Shown here: in pieces, positions 29,849-40,341 of the stretch
Layout of the letters: each line of letters starts with the position of its first letter
Position numbering within the stretch: the stretch's first letter is position 1
Origin: an uncultured Clostridia bacterium
GTDB lineage: Bacteria > Bacillota > Clostridia > TANB77 > CAG-508
Reading direction: 5' to 3'
Assembly: GCA_904419495.1 (NCBI GenBank)
Contig: CAJFRV010000007.1
Coordinates: 21,763-85,762, forward strand
Length of the DNA: 64,000 nucleotides
The notes under the pieces: model-generated
Seen by the model: only the letters and a program-made list of their open reading frames with translations
Databases searched by the model: none
What the model was told of the DNA's origin: nothing
Translations under genes and position numbers: made by a program

Positions 29849-30640
29849 TGCAATTTTTAAATCATAAAAATTTTTAAAAACATAGCCCTGTTCTTTTAGA
29901 TACTTGATAGAATCCTTTAAAACAAGATGAGTATCATTAACATCAGAAGTATCATGCATTAAAATGACTAGAGTACCTTTATTTTTTGAAGAATCTTTTA
30001 AATTATTTAATAATTCTACATTACTATATTTTTTTTCAGAATCTTTATTCAAAGTATTCCAATCTATATAGGTATAACCTATAGAAGGAAGCAATTTAAC
30101 ATATTCTTTTTTTCTAGATTTGTAACTTGAAGCCATATATCCATTTGGAAATCGAAAAATATAGGAATGGTAATTTTCTATGCCAATTGCTTTACTAATT
30201 TCTATATCAGTAGATAAAATTTCATTGATAAAACTATCAGCATTTGTATATAGTTTATCATTGTTATGAGTATAACTGTGATTTGCAATATAGTGTCCTT
30301 CGTCATATGCACGTTTAACAAGTTCGGGATATTCTTTAACATGTTTTCCAATAACAAAAAAAGTTGCTTTTACATTTTCTTCAGATAATATGTCAAGAAT
30401 TTTAGGTGTAGATTTTAAAGTAGGACCATCATCAAATGTTAAATAGGCAATTTTTTCTTTTTGATTGAAAAGATTAGATATTTTATCTTGAAAGATTGTT
30501 TTTTCAAATTCATCTGTAGATAAGGCGAAAGAATTTGAAGAAATAAAATAAATATAGCCATTGCAAATGAATATAGAGAAAATTACCAATATAAGTAATA
30601 CAAGTATAATATATTTTTTATGAATGATAACAAATTTCAT
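29843..30640 (-). CDS. Polysaccharide deacetylase (NodB-homology, PdaA/PgdA-like), membrane-anchored
   Basis: LTFDDGP (TFDDG), KATFFVIG and HSYTH NodB motifs; N-terminal TM anchor. Confidence 0.8.
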   Translation of the reverse strand: MKFVIIHKKYIILVLLILVIFSIFICNGYIYFISSNSFALSTDEFEKTIFQDKISNLFNQKEKIAYLTFDDGPTLKSTPKILDILSEENVKATFFVIGKHVKEYPELVKRAYDEGHYIANHSYTHNNDKLYTNADSFINEILSTDIEISKAIGIENYHSYIFRFPNGYMASSYKSRKKEYVKLLPSIGYTYIDWNTLNKDSEKKYSNVELLNNLKDSSKNKGTLVILMHDTSDVNDTHLVLKDSIKYLKEQGYVFKNFYDLKIAK

Positions 30641-30653
30641 AGATTTTCCTTAA

Positions 30654-32042
30654 TTATCTTAATAAATTAAACCAAGTAGAAAATACTTTGGTACTCATAG
30701 TTGCTATATCCATCTTATTAACAGAAACTTGTGAAACCAAATTAACGGTGCTAAGTACTTCGCCATCTAAAGAAAAAGAAATTTCACCTACTTTTTGGCC
30801 GTTAGAAATAGGAGCAGAAATATTTTCATCAATAGTCACAGTTTGTTCTATATTCTTTTCACTACCTTTAGCTAATAATATACCGGCATCATTTTCTAAT
30901 ACAACAGGAATTGTAGCTTGAACACCTTTATCAATACTAACTGTTTGGATTAAATCTCCTATTTTTCCAAAACTTTGATAAGAAAAATTATTGAATCCAT
31001 AATCTAATAACTTTTGAGCTTCAGCAAATCTAACCTTTGTGGAAGGTGCTTTCATAATAACTGCAATTAAAGATAAGCCATCACGTGTAGCACTAGCAGA
31101 TAAATTGTATAAAGCAAGAGACGTAGAACCAGTTTTTAACCCAGTAGCACCATTATAATTTTTGATTAATTTGTTTGTATTAGAAAGTTGTGTTTCGCCA
31201 TTTCTTAATGTATCCATCCAAATTGTTGTATAGTTTGTAATTTCAGGATATTTATTTAATAATTCTCTAGACATAATGGCAATATCATAACTAGAAGATA
31301 CATGACCATCTTCATCTAAACCATGACAATTTTTAAAAGTTGTATCACTCATTCCAAGCTCATAGGCTTTGTCGTTCATCATTTGAACAAAAGCCTCTTC
31401 TGAACCAGCAATATATTCGGCCATTGCGACAACGCAGTCATTTGCAGAATTCACACAAATTGCTTTTAGCATTTCATCAACTGTTAAAGTTTCTTTAGTA
31501 TCTAACCATATTTGTGAACCACCCATAGAAGCAGCATTTTCACTACAAGGTACAGAATCGGTTAAAGCTATTTTTCCAGAATCAATTGCTTCCATAATCA
31601 ATAAAATACTCATAACCTTTGTAACAGAAGCAGGTCTCAATTGCTCATGAATATTATGTGCATATAAGACTCTACCAGAAGATTGCTCAATTAAGATTCC
31701 AGATGCAGATTCTAAATTCAAAGAATTATCATCTGTAACTTCACTAGTAGCATTTGTTAGCAAAGAGCTTTCATCATCAGAAACATTATTGGAACTTGGA
31801 ACAGTATTAGAATTAGAATTTACATCTGTAGTATTATTAGAAGTTGTATTTGTAGTAGTATTCATACTATTAGAATTTGTGTTAGAAGGGCGTATATTAT
31901 CATCTAAAATATTTAGTGTATTGGCATTACTAGACCAAACATACAAAGAATCATCTGAAGCAAATACAAAAGAAGAATAAGAAATGAAAATGCAAAATAT
32001 AAGAAGAATACTAAAGAAATGCTTAATATTTGTTTTATTCAT
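30654..32042 (-). CDS. D-alanyl-D-alanine carboxypeptidase (PBP5/6-like serine peptidase) with an N/S/T-rich linker
   Basis: SxxK motif (ASVTK), signal peptide, SGN motif; low-complexity N/T/S region of ~60 aa. Confidence 0.75.
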   Translation of the reverse strand: MNKTNIKHFFSILLIFCIFISYSSFVFASDDSLYVWSSNANTLNILDDNIRPSNTNSNSMNTTTNTTSNNTTDVNSNSNTVPSSNNVSDDESSLLTNATSEVTDDNSLNLESASGILIEQSSGRVLYAHNIHEQLRPASVTKVMSILLIMEAIDSGKIALTDSVPCSENAASMGGSQIWLDTKETLTVDEMLKAICVNSANDCVVAMAEYIAGSEEAFVQMMNDKAYELGMSDTTFKNCHGLDEDGHVSSSYDIAIMSRELLNKYPEITNYTTIWMDTLRNGETQLSNTNKLIKNYNGATGLKTGSTSLALYNLSASATRDGLSLIAVIMKAPSTKVRFAEAQKLLDYGFNNFSYQSFGKIGDLIQTVSIDKGVQATIPVVLENDAGILLAKGSEKNIEQTVTIDENISAPISNGQKVGEISFSLDGEVLSTVNLVSQVSVNKMDIATMSTKVFSTWFNLLR

Positions 32043-32236
32043 ATATTTATAACCTCCAAAGTAGCAGATAACTGCCAGAAATATAGTGAAAATATTTTAT
32101 TTAAATATATGATAGAAAAAATAAAAAAGAACTGATAAAGAAAGTAAAACTTGAAAACAACTGATTTTTTCCTCCTTTTTTTCTTGACAACAAATAGGAA
32201 TAAAGATAAGATAAAAGAAATAAGGAGGAGAAAAAT

Positions 32237-32962
32237 ATGCCAACATGGGCAATACACTTAGCAACATCAAAAAAAGTGAGTGAAAAAATTTGTATAGATA
32301 AAAATATATTTGCATTTGGCAATTTGTTACCAGATATACCAAATAGATATGTTATAAAAGGTATAGAGCATTATATATCACATGCCAGAACACATTTTGA
32401 GACAGAAATATTAGTGGTAGAGCATATAGAAAAAAGATATGACTTAAAAAACTTTGCACAAAAATACAAAGATAAGTTTTCTAATCCATTAATGCTAGGC
32501 TATTACGTCCATTTATTAACAGATTACTATTGGAATGATAAGACATATGGTGAGCATGGAATATACGATGAAGAAAAAAATAGAATAGGCCTAATATTAA
32601 ATAACCAAGAAAAAGTTTTATGCAGTAAGGAAAAAGCAAGACAAATAAAGGCACAAGATTTTAAGATTTTTTCAGAATATATTTATGAAAATAAATTGGC
32701 AGGTAAATTAGAATATGATAACAAAATAGAGACATATTTAAAAGAAATCGATTGGATAAAACTAAATAAAGAAGAAATTCAAAAGACAATCGAATATGTG
32801 ATGGATAAATATACAGGAAAAAGCAAAGTACTACAAAAAGACGAAGATAGAGAATATAAAATTTATAGTGAAAAAGAGATGATATTATCAATAGAAGAAT
32901 CTGTTAACTTCATCCTCAAAATGATACATAAACATGCTCCATATTTATTAAATAAAACATAA
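32237..32962 (+). CDS. Hypothetical protein (possible metal-dependent hydrolase)
   Basis: ORF with His-rich N-terminus (WAIHLAT...HYISHARTHFE); no confident family assignment. Confidence 0.35.
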   Translation: MPTWAIHLATSKKVSEKICIDKNIFAFGNLLPDIPNRYVIKGIEHYISHARTHFETEILVVEHIEKRYDLKNFAQKYKDKFSNPLMLGYYVHLLTDYYWNDKTYGEHGIYDEEKNRIGLILNNQEKVLCSKEKARQIKAQDFKIFSEYIYENKLAGKLEYDNKIETYLKEIDWIKLNKEEIQKTIEYVMDKYTGKSKVLQKDEDREYKIYSEKEMILSIEESVNFILKMIHKHAPYLLNKT

Positions 32963-32979
32963 AGATAGGAGTTAAAGAC

Positions 32980-33664
32980 ATGATACATATATTATTAGTA
33001 GAAGATGACCCTAATATATCAAATACGATTTCATATTATTTACAAGCAAACGGATTTACAATTCAAACAACTAAAACAGTAAAAGAGGGGATTGAGAAGA
33101 TTAAGAATAATAATTATGAGTTAATGCTATTAGACATCAATTTGCCAGATGGCACAGGATATGAACTATATAAAAAAATGAGAGATATACAAAAAATTCC
33201 AACAATATTTTTAACAGCATTAGATGAAGAAAAAGATATTGTAAAAGGATTTGATTTAGGAGCAGATGATTATATAACAAAACCATTTCATGCTGGCGAA
33301 TTGCTATCAAGAATCAAAAATGTGCTAAGACATACATCATCATCTAAAGAAAAATTAGAAGATAAAATAAAAATCCAAAATGTAGAATTAAATTATACTA
33401 CACGGAAAAGTAAAAAAGAATGACAAAGAAATAGAACTAACAGCATTAGAATATAAAATCTTGGTTATGCTATTTGAGAATAAAGGCAAAATGATAACAA
33501 GAGAGCAGATATTATCCTATATTTGGGATAATGAAGAAAATTTTGTAAATGACAATACATTAACAGTGTATATAAAAAGAATTAGAGAAAAAATAGAAGA
33601 CAATCCCACTAAACCAGAGATCATAAAAACAGTTAGAGGTTTGGGATATAAAATTGAACAATAG
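32980..33664 (+). CDS. OmpR-family response regulator, split by a 1-nt frameshift in an A-rich stretch near 33400..33420
   Basis: Receiver domain (LLVEDD, D in MLLDINLPD, KP in ITKPF) in 32980..33423. Winged-helix domain (LTALEYKILVMLFEN...VRGLGYKI) in the +1 frame through 33664. Confidence 0.8.
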
Positions 33665-33711
33665 CTATGTACTAGATTGACGTTTTAAGAACAAATTAAA
33701 AAAGGAGAGAT

Positions 33712-34929
33712 ATGAACACAAAGCAAAAAAGAAAATTAAGTATCTATATAGGTATCATATTAATAGCTACTATATTGCTAATTATATTTACTATCTATTA
33801 TATACAAAAAAATTATAGAGAAAGTTTATATTTATATACCAATAAAGTAATTTCAGAAATAACAAAAGAACATCCAGAACAAGAAGAAAAGATTATAGAA
33901 GAAGTATTTTTAAATAATTCTATAGAAGAGGAGAATATAGAGGATATATTAAGTAAATATGGATTTAATGAAGAAAATATTGATATAGTAAATGATAATT
34001 TTAAAAGTATTGATAAACTTATTTTTATGTTTTCATTAATTTTCATTATAGGTATTTTAGGAATTATTGGATTATATACAATTTATATTAGAAAACAAAA
34101 TCAAAAGCTGAAAAAATTAGATGACTATTGTAAAGAAATCTTAAAAGGGAATTATCTTTTAGATTTAAAAGAACAAGATGAAAGTGATTTTAGTAAATTA
34201 AAAAATGACATATATGACATGACAATTATGCTAAAGGAAAAGAACAGTTTATTAGAAAAAAATAATAAAGATATAGAAAAATTAATTGCTGATATCTCTC
34301 ATCAATTAAAAACTCCACTCACATCTCTGAATTTAATTAATGATATTTTATATACAGATTTACCAGAAGAAAAGAAAAAAGAATTTTTAGATAGCAGTCA
34401 AAAAGAATTAGAAAAAATTAATTGGCTAATAAAAACGGTATTAAATATAGCCAAATTAGACTCGAAAACACTGATTTTAGACAAAAAGAATGAAAACGCA
34501 TATCATTTATGCTTAGAAGTGAAAAACAACTTTAAAGCTATGTGTGAGATAAATCAAGCGGATATAGAAATTATATCTAATAAAAACGAAACCATTAATT
34601 GTGATAAAAAATGGACAATAGAAGCTATGAATAATATTGTAAAAAATGCAATCGAACATGGAGCAAAAACAATAACTATAAAACTAGAAGAAAATACGAT
34701 GTATACAAAAATTACAATAAGAGACAATGGGGAAGGAATTGACAAAGAAGATTTGGGACATATTTTTGATAGATTTTATAAAGCTAAAAATAGCAAAGAA
34801 AATAGTTTAGGTATTGGACTTGCTTTTTGTAAAAGTATTATTAGAAACCAAGATGGAGATATCCGTGTAAAAAGTTCTAAAAAGGAAGAAGATAGTTGGA
34901 CAGAATTCATGATAAAATTATATAAATAA
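33712..34929 (+). CDS. Sensor histidine kinase (two TM helices, small extracellular loop)
   Basis: H-box ISHQLKTPLTSL, N-box NAIEHG, G-boxes DNGEGI and GIGLAFC. Confidence 0.85.
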   Translation: MNTKQKRKLSIYIGIILIATILLIIFTIYYIQKNYRESLYLYTNKVISEITKEHPEQEEKIIEEVFLNNSIEEENIEDILSKYGFNEENIDIVNDNFKSIDKLIFMFSLIFIIGILGIIGLYTIYIRKQNQKLKKLDDYCKEILKGNYLLDLKEQDESDFSKLKNDIYDMTIMLKEKNSLLEKNNKDIEKLIADISHQLKTPLTSLNLINDILYTDLPEEKKKEFLDSSQKELEKINWLIKTVLNIAKLDSKTLILDKKNENAYHLCLEVKNNFKAMCEINQADIEIISNKNETINCDKKWTIEAMNNIVKNAIEHGAKTITIKLEENTMYTKITIRDNGEGIDKEDLGHIFDRFYKAKNSKENSLGIGLAFCKSIIRNQDGDIRVKSSKKEEDSWTEFMIKLYK

Positions 34930-34947
34930 AAGAAAAATAAAGAATTA

Positions 34948-35334
34948 TTGAGGAAAAAAATGAAAAAATATAAAATCATATATATTGTATTAATCTTAAT
35001 ATGTATTGTCATGATATTAACAAAAGGAATTACAGTTGGAACAACAATTAAGGAAGTTGGAAGTCAAGAAATTGCAAATATTGATGGAGACTATGGATAT
35101 ATAGACATATTAATTTTTAATATTGGCATTTTACTAGCAATCCTTATAGTTAGTGTATATGTCACTTTTAATAAGAAGAACATTATAAAACTTAAATATG
35201 TTATTTTACTATGTGTTTTTATATTGTTGTTATGGATTCCAATTGGAATGCAACATAATATGGGTGGAAGTCAAATAACATTAGGAAGAGAAACTTATAT
35301 ATCATTGATAAATATGTATTTATTTTTTAGATAA
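34948..35334 (+). CDS. Hypothetical small membrane protein
   Basis: Three or four predicted TM helices; no motifs. Confidence 0.4.
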   Translation: MRKKMKKYKIIYIVLILICIVMILTKGITVGTTIKEVGSQEIANIDGDYGYIDILIFNIGILLAILIVSVYVTFNKKNIIKLKYVILLCVFILLLWIPIGMQHNMGGSQITLGRETYISLINMYLFFR

Positions 35335-35407
35335 TGTAGACATGTATTATTTGTAAAAAATAAAATTAGAAATAAAAAATAGAAAAAATTAAATAAGTCA
35401 TTTTAGA

Positions 35408-35449
35408 GTCACTTTTATGTAGTAATATAATACTAACAATAAAAGTGAC
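35408..35449. promoter_or_regulatory. Inverted repeat upstream of the ABC transporter genes (gtcactttta-N22-taaaagtgac), a candidate response-regulator operator
   Basis: 10-bp perfect inverted repeat ~115 nt upstream of the ATPase start and downstream of the TCS genes. Confidence 0.3.
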
Positions 35450-35562
35450 ATTTTTAATACGTTTCTTTCTAGGTCCTAAATACGCATATAATAAAGGATA
35501 AAACGTATAGAAAAATAATTAGCAAAATTACAGTCATTTAAACACAAGAAAGGAGAATCTTT

Positions 35563-36243
35563 ATGGAGATATTAAAAGTCGAGAATTTAAGTAAAAAATA
35601 TGGCAAAAAGGATACAGAAGTTGTTGCATTAGACAATGTATCTTTTAGTGTAAACAAAGGAGAATTTGTAGCCATTGTAGGTGCATCTGGAAGTGGAAAA
35701 TCCACATTGCTACATCTAATTGGAGGTGTAGATAAACCAACAAGTGGAAAAGTATATATCAATGGAACAGACATTTATTCTTTAAATAATGATAACTTAG
35801 CAATTTTTAGAAGAAGACAAGTGGGGTTAATTTATCAATTCTATAATTTAATTCCTATTTTAAATGTAAAGGAAAATATTACATTACCATGTGATTTAGA
35901 TGGACAAAAAGTAGATGAAAAAAGATTAAAAGAATTGTTATATATTTTAGGTTTAGAAAAAAGAGTAAATCATTTACCAAATGAGTTATCAGGTGGACAG
36001 CAACAGAGAGTTTCTATCGGAAGAGCTATGATTAATACTCCAAGTATTGTCTTAGCAGATGAACCAACAGGAAATTTGGACAGTAAAGCTTCAAGAGAGA
36101 TTATTGATTTATTAAAAGTATCTAATCAGAAATATAATCAAACAATAATTGTCATTACACATGATGAAAATATAGCCTTAGAAGCAGATAGAATTATTAT
36201 GATACAAGATGGAAAATTGATTAGTGATGAGAAAGTAAAGTAA
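35563..36243 (+). CDS. ABC transporter ATP-binding protein (MacB/BceA-like)
   Basis: Walker A GASGSGKST, signature LSGGQQQR, Walker B IVLADEPT, H-loop ITHD. Confidence 0.9.
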   Translation: MEILKVENLSKKYGKKDTEVVALDNVSFSVNKGEFVAIVGASGSGKSTLLHLIGGVDKPTSGKVYINGTDIYSLNNDNLAIFRRRQVGLIYQFYNLIPILNVKENITLPCDLDGQKVDEKRLKELLYILGLEKRVNHLPNELSGGQQQRVSIGRAMINTPSIVLADEPTGNLDSKASREIIDLLKVSNQKYNQTIIVITHDENIALEADRIIMIQDGKLISDEKVK

Positions 36244-36298
36244 AGAGATGCTTGAAAAATAATTACAACATATACTTGAGAAGGGAATGAGATAAAAG

Positions 36299-38890
36299 AT
36301 GAAAATTTTAAATACATTGACACTGAAAAATCTAAAGTTAAATAGAAAAAGAACGATTGTAACCATTATTGGAATTTCTCTTTCTGTTGCCTTAATATGT
36401 GCAATCACTACATTTGCTGTTAGCTTTCAAAATTCCATGATTGAAAGGGAAACTAAGACAAATGGGAATTATCATATCCATGTGCAAAATGTATCAAAAG
36501 AAAACAAAAAATACTTAGAAAATAATGCAAAGATAGAAAAATTAGAAATATCACAAGAAATAGGGTATGCAGTTTTGGATGATTCTAAAAATGAGAATAA
36601 ACCATATGCCTATATTGAAGGATATGATGATGCACTTTTACAAAATGGAGGAATTATTTTAATAGAAGGAAGATTGCCAGAAAATGAGAATGAAATTGTC
36701 ATACCAGAACATGTTATCCAAAATGGAAAAATAAACTTAGATGTTGGTGAAACAATAGAACTTAATATTGGTAATCGATACAAAGGGGAATATATCTTAA
36801 ATCAATCAAATCCATATTACACAGAACAAGATAGGTTAGATAGAAAAGAAAGTGGAATTGAAGATGATTTAGAACAAGAAAATTTTGTTGGTAATATGAA
36901 AAGAACATATACCATTGTGGGAATTATGGAAAGGTTAAATAGTGAAAGCTATTCTGCTCCGGGTTATACCATGATAACAAAATTAGAGCAGATTGATGAA
37001 ACGAAAAATATAAATGCATCTATCGTATTAAAAGATCCAGCAGAAACATATAATTTTGAAAAATATTTAAAAAATGATTTAAAAATTAATGAAACTAATA
37101 TTTCAGAAAATGAACAATTGTTATACTATATAGGAGTTTTCAAAAGTAGCAGAGTAGAAAACTTTGTTATAACTATATTAGCAATAGTAATTGCTATTAT
37201 TGTTTTTACATCTGCTTTTGTTATCAAAAATAGTTTTAATATATCCCTTACTGAGAAAACAAGAGAATTAGGAATGATTGCAAGTGTAGGAGCAACAACA
37301 AAACAAATTAGAAAAAGTATCTTTTTTGAAGGTGCTATACTAGGAATTATTTCTATACCATTAGGAATTATACTAGGAATTGTAGCAATTGGTATTGTGT
37401 TAGCAATTGTAAATGGAATTATTCATTCAGGAAGTAGTCCATTAATTGATAATTTTGAATTACACTTAACAATATCAGTTTTTGCAATTATAATAGCTGT
37501 TATCATATCTGTTATTATGATTATTATTTCTTTAATAAAACCAAGTTATCGAGCAGGAAAAATTTCACCAATTGATGCTATAAGAGAAAGTTCAGATATA
37601 AAAGTGAAAAAAAATAAACATAAAAATAAGCCGTATACATTAACAAAAAAACTATTTGGAATAGAAGGTGTCATTGCCAGAAAGAATTTCAGAAGGAGTA
37701 AGAAAAAGTATAGAACAACCATATTTTCTATATTTTTAAGCATTGTTTTATTTATCTCTATGAATGCATTTGCAGAAAGTGTATTTGGAATATCTTCGTT
37801 AAAATATCAAGATTCTAGAATTAATTTAACCGTATATACTGGCTATGACAAGGAAGAAACAGAAAAAGAGAACTATTTTAACCAGATTAAAAACTTGGAG
37901 GGGATTAAAGAATATGCTATCTTAAAAAATGCACACGTCTATATCGACAACCAAAAATTATTTACTGAAAAAGCACTTGACTATTATTCAGAAATGAATT
38001 CTTTAATCATATATTCAATTGGAGATGAAGCCTATAAAAATTATGTAAAAGAATTAGGACTGAATTATGATGATGTAAAAGACGAAGCCATTTTATGTGA
38101 TACCAGACTTTTATATGAATACGAAGATGGAAAAGATGGAGTAAAAAGGGTAGAAACAAATTTATTAAATTTAAATGCAGGTGATACACTAGAATATTAT
38201 AACACGATGGATGAAGAAGGAAATTTATTAGAAAAAGGAAATATTAAAATTGCTAAAAGAGCTGATAAATATCCATTAGGATCATTATTTAGTAATGATA
38301 CAAATCCTATTATTATCATTTCTGATGAAATGATGCAAAATTTTGATAATAGTTTGGTTTCTATAAATATAAATGCAGAAGATCCATATAAAGTGCAAGA
38401 AGAAATTATCAAGATAGATAAGACTAATAAAGATAATATTTATAATGTTGAAGAGGACGTAAGAGCAGCTAAAAATATGAATTTAATTGTATCTATATTT
38501 GTATATGGATTTATAGCCGTTATTTCTATTATTGGTGTAACCAACATATTTAATACGATAACAACTAATATGGCACTAAGAAACAGAGAATTTGCAATAT
38601 TAAAATCTATAGGTATGACCAATAAAGAATTTAAGAAGATGATTCATTATGAAAGTTTTATATATGGACTAAAAGCGCTTATATTTGGACTGCCAGTAGG
38701 AGTCGCATTATCTTATCTAATCTATACTGTTACAGCAGATGTCTATACAACAAGTTATGAACTTCCTATAATACCAATTTTCATTTCTATTATATTTGTA
38801 TTTGCTATTATCTTTATGACAATGCGATATGCTGTTAAGAAAACCAAAAATCAAAATATTATCGAAACAATTAGAAAGGAAAATATTTAA
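36299..38890 (+). CDS. ABC transporter permease with two FtsX-type domains (BceB/MacB-like)
   Basis: 863 aa. It has two 4-TM FtsX modules (aa ~280-420 and ~730-855), each preceded by a large extracellular domain. It is adjacent to the ATPase and TCS genes. Confidence 0.8.
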   Translation: MKILNTLTLKNLKLNRKRTIVTIIGISLSVALICAITTFAVSFQNSMIERETKTNGNYHIHVQNVSKENKKYLENNAKIEKLEISQEIGYAVLDDSKNENKPYAYIEGYDDALLQNGGIILIEGRLPENENEIVIPEHVIQNGKINLDVGETIELNIGNRYKGEYILNQSNPYYTEQDRLDRKESGIEDDLEQENFVGNMKRTYTIVGIMERLNSESYSAPGYTMITKLEQIDETKNINASIVLKDPAETYNFEKYLKNDLKINETNISENEQLLYYIGVFKSSRVENFVITILAIVIAIIVFTSAFVIKNSFNISLTEKTRELGMIASVGATTKQIRKSIFFEGAILGIISIPLGIILGIVAIGIVLAIVNGIIHSGSSPLIDNFELHLTISVFAIIIAVIISVIMIIISLIKPSYRAGKISPIDAIRESSDIKVKKNKHKNKPYTLTKKLFGIEGVIARKNFRRSKKKYRTTIFSIFLSIVLFISMNAFAESVFGISSLKYQDSRINLTVYTGYDKEETEKENYFNQIKNLEGIKEYAILKNAHVYIDNQKLFTEKALDYYSEMNSLIIYSIGDEAYKNYVKELGLNYDDVKDEAILCDTRLLYEYEDGKDGVKRVETNLLNLNAGDTLEYYNTMDEEGNLLEKGNIKIAKRADKYPLGSLFSNDTNPIIIISDEMMQNFDNSLVSININAEDPYKVQEEIIKIDKTNKDNIYNVEEDVRAAKNMNLIVSIFVYGFIAVISIIGVTNIFNTITTNMALRNREFAILKSIGMTNKEFKKMIHYESFIYGLKALIFGLPVGVALSYLIYTVTADVYTTSYELPIIPIFISIIFVFAIIFMTMRYAVKKTKNQNIIETIRKENI

Positions 38891-38893
38891 AAA

Positions 38894-38938
38894 TTAAGAT
38901 AACTCCAGTAATTAAAAAAAATACTGGAGTTATCTTAA
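38894..38938. terminator. Bidirectional intrinsic terminator
   Basis: ttaagataactccagta-N9-tactggagttatcttaa, a 17-bp stem with A/T tracts. Confidence 0.6.
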
Positions 38939-38956
38939 TTTACTCGACATCAATGT

Positions 38957-39403
38957 TTAGTTTATTTTCACATACACATCGAAAAAGTCGCAGTCATAAT
39001 CAATGTATTCGTCTTGATATAGCCACTGACGACTTACACATTTTGAAAAGTCCAATTCAAAGTCATCGCCCATATCTGAAGTTGATATCCATCTATTAAT
39101 TTTCTTAGTAAAGCAATCATATCCACAAATATTATGGATTTCGTCTTCATATGGATAATGCAATTTTTTAAATACGCGAATAATACAATTTGCATCGCTT
39201 GGTGACACTCGTTCGACATTGAATCCCTTATCTGAAAGTTTTTGAAAAGCCATTTTCTGAAGCTCTTCAATGGTAGGAAAAATCATTTCTTTTCCGTCAT
39301 TGTCAATGGGAATCCCTTTCTTTTCATTAAAACATATCTTATAAAAAGATATATTCCGAACTTTTTCAGCTTCTTTCTTAGAAAGTATAATTTTTGCAAG
39401 CAT
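38957..39403 (-). CDS. Hypothetical protein, Cys/Asp-rich, last gene of the radical-SAM/DNA-metabolism cluster
   Basis: ORF only; co-oriented with 39583..41619. Confidence 0.35.
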   Translation of the reverse strand: MLAKIILSKKEAEKVRNISFYKICFNEKKGIPIDNDGKEMIFPTIEELQKMAFQKLSDKGFNVERVSPSDANCIIRVFKKLHYPYEDEIHNICGYDCFTKKINRWISTSDMGDDFELDFSKCVSRQWLYQDEYIDYDCDFFDVYVKIN

Positions 39404-39582
39404 AATGTCCTCCTATTAATGTGTATAATATTTATAATCATAAAACTAAAAAGCCAGAGCAATGTTTCTCTCTTACTAATTAGTAATATAAAGAAAATAA
39501 GTATATATATAATAAGACCATGTCTTATAACATGTAATAATATAACATGTTTTTAGAGAAAAGAAAATAGGAATAATAAAAT

Positions 39583-40341
39583 TTATGGCTCTTCAATTAA
39601 ATCCTGCCAATACTTCTTAGGCATGAATTGCATTTGACATCTAGTATTTTTTCTTTCTTGTATAGCAATAGTTTTAAAAAATAATTTCCAAAGTTCTTGA
39701 TATTTTTGTTCTTCTTCAGTAATATCAGGTATTTTTAAATTAGTGCTATCAATGATTTTGTATTCTTGTGAATTGTATAAAAAACAAATATTTCTATTTT
39801 TATCATGAATAATAAAGTTTTGTGTAGGTAGTCTTCTAATAAAATGATGTCCTAATGGTTCTATAATATTATTATCAGGGTGAATAGAAGCATAATATAG
39901 ATTTTCGCCAATTTCCATGAATCGAAGTAATCCTTTTAATTTATGACATTCTGATAAAGCTCTTTTTCTCATGTTAATAACAGAAAAAACATAAGAAATT
40001 GTAAGCATAGTATTGATTTTAGGACCAAGATCAAACCCATCACATAAATACTTTAAAATATTGATTTCTTTATTTTTACCATCTGATAAAAACGCATAAA
40101 AACTATTGTATAAAGCTTCATAACAAATGTTTTTATTGATACCATCAAATACTCTTTTTGACTTTTCATAATTGGTATCAATATACTGTGTTTTATCTAA
40201 AAAATTTTCTATATATTTTTCTTCTGGAACAATTTTTTGTGGTAGTGTTTTGTAAGAATAACTATCAAATACAATTGTTAATAAACCATCAAATGTACCA
40301 TCATATAAATAGGTCGTGTTTATAAGCTTCCAGTTAGACAT
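39583..40341 (-). CDS. Probable DNA metabolism protein (partner of the DNA modification/repair radical SAM protein; TIGR03915-like)
   Basis: ~250 aa; overlaps the radical SAM gene by 22 nt; this conserved gene pairing is known from many genomes. Confidence 0.55.
   Translation of the reverse strand: MSNWKLINTTYLYDGTFDGLLTIVFDSYSYKTLPQKIVPEEKYIENFLDKTQYIDTNYEKSKRVFDGINKNICYEALYNSFYAFLSDGKNKEINILKYLCDGFDLGPKINTMLTISYVFSVINMRKRALSECHKLKGLLRFMEIGENLYYASIHPDNNIIEPLGHHFIRRLPTQNFIIHDKNRNICFLYNSQEYKIIDSTNLKIPDITEEEQKYQELWKLFFKTIAIQERKNTRCQMQFMPKKYWQDLIEEP

Noticed and set aside
31650-31900. N/S/T-rich low-complexity stretch in the D,D-carboxypeptidase (and a similar one in VanW, 45150..45400) as a DGR-like AAY-rich template
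   Set aside because: No second copy of these segments exists in the window, and they lie within continuous reading frames. They are ordinary low-complexity linkers.
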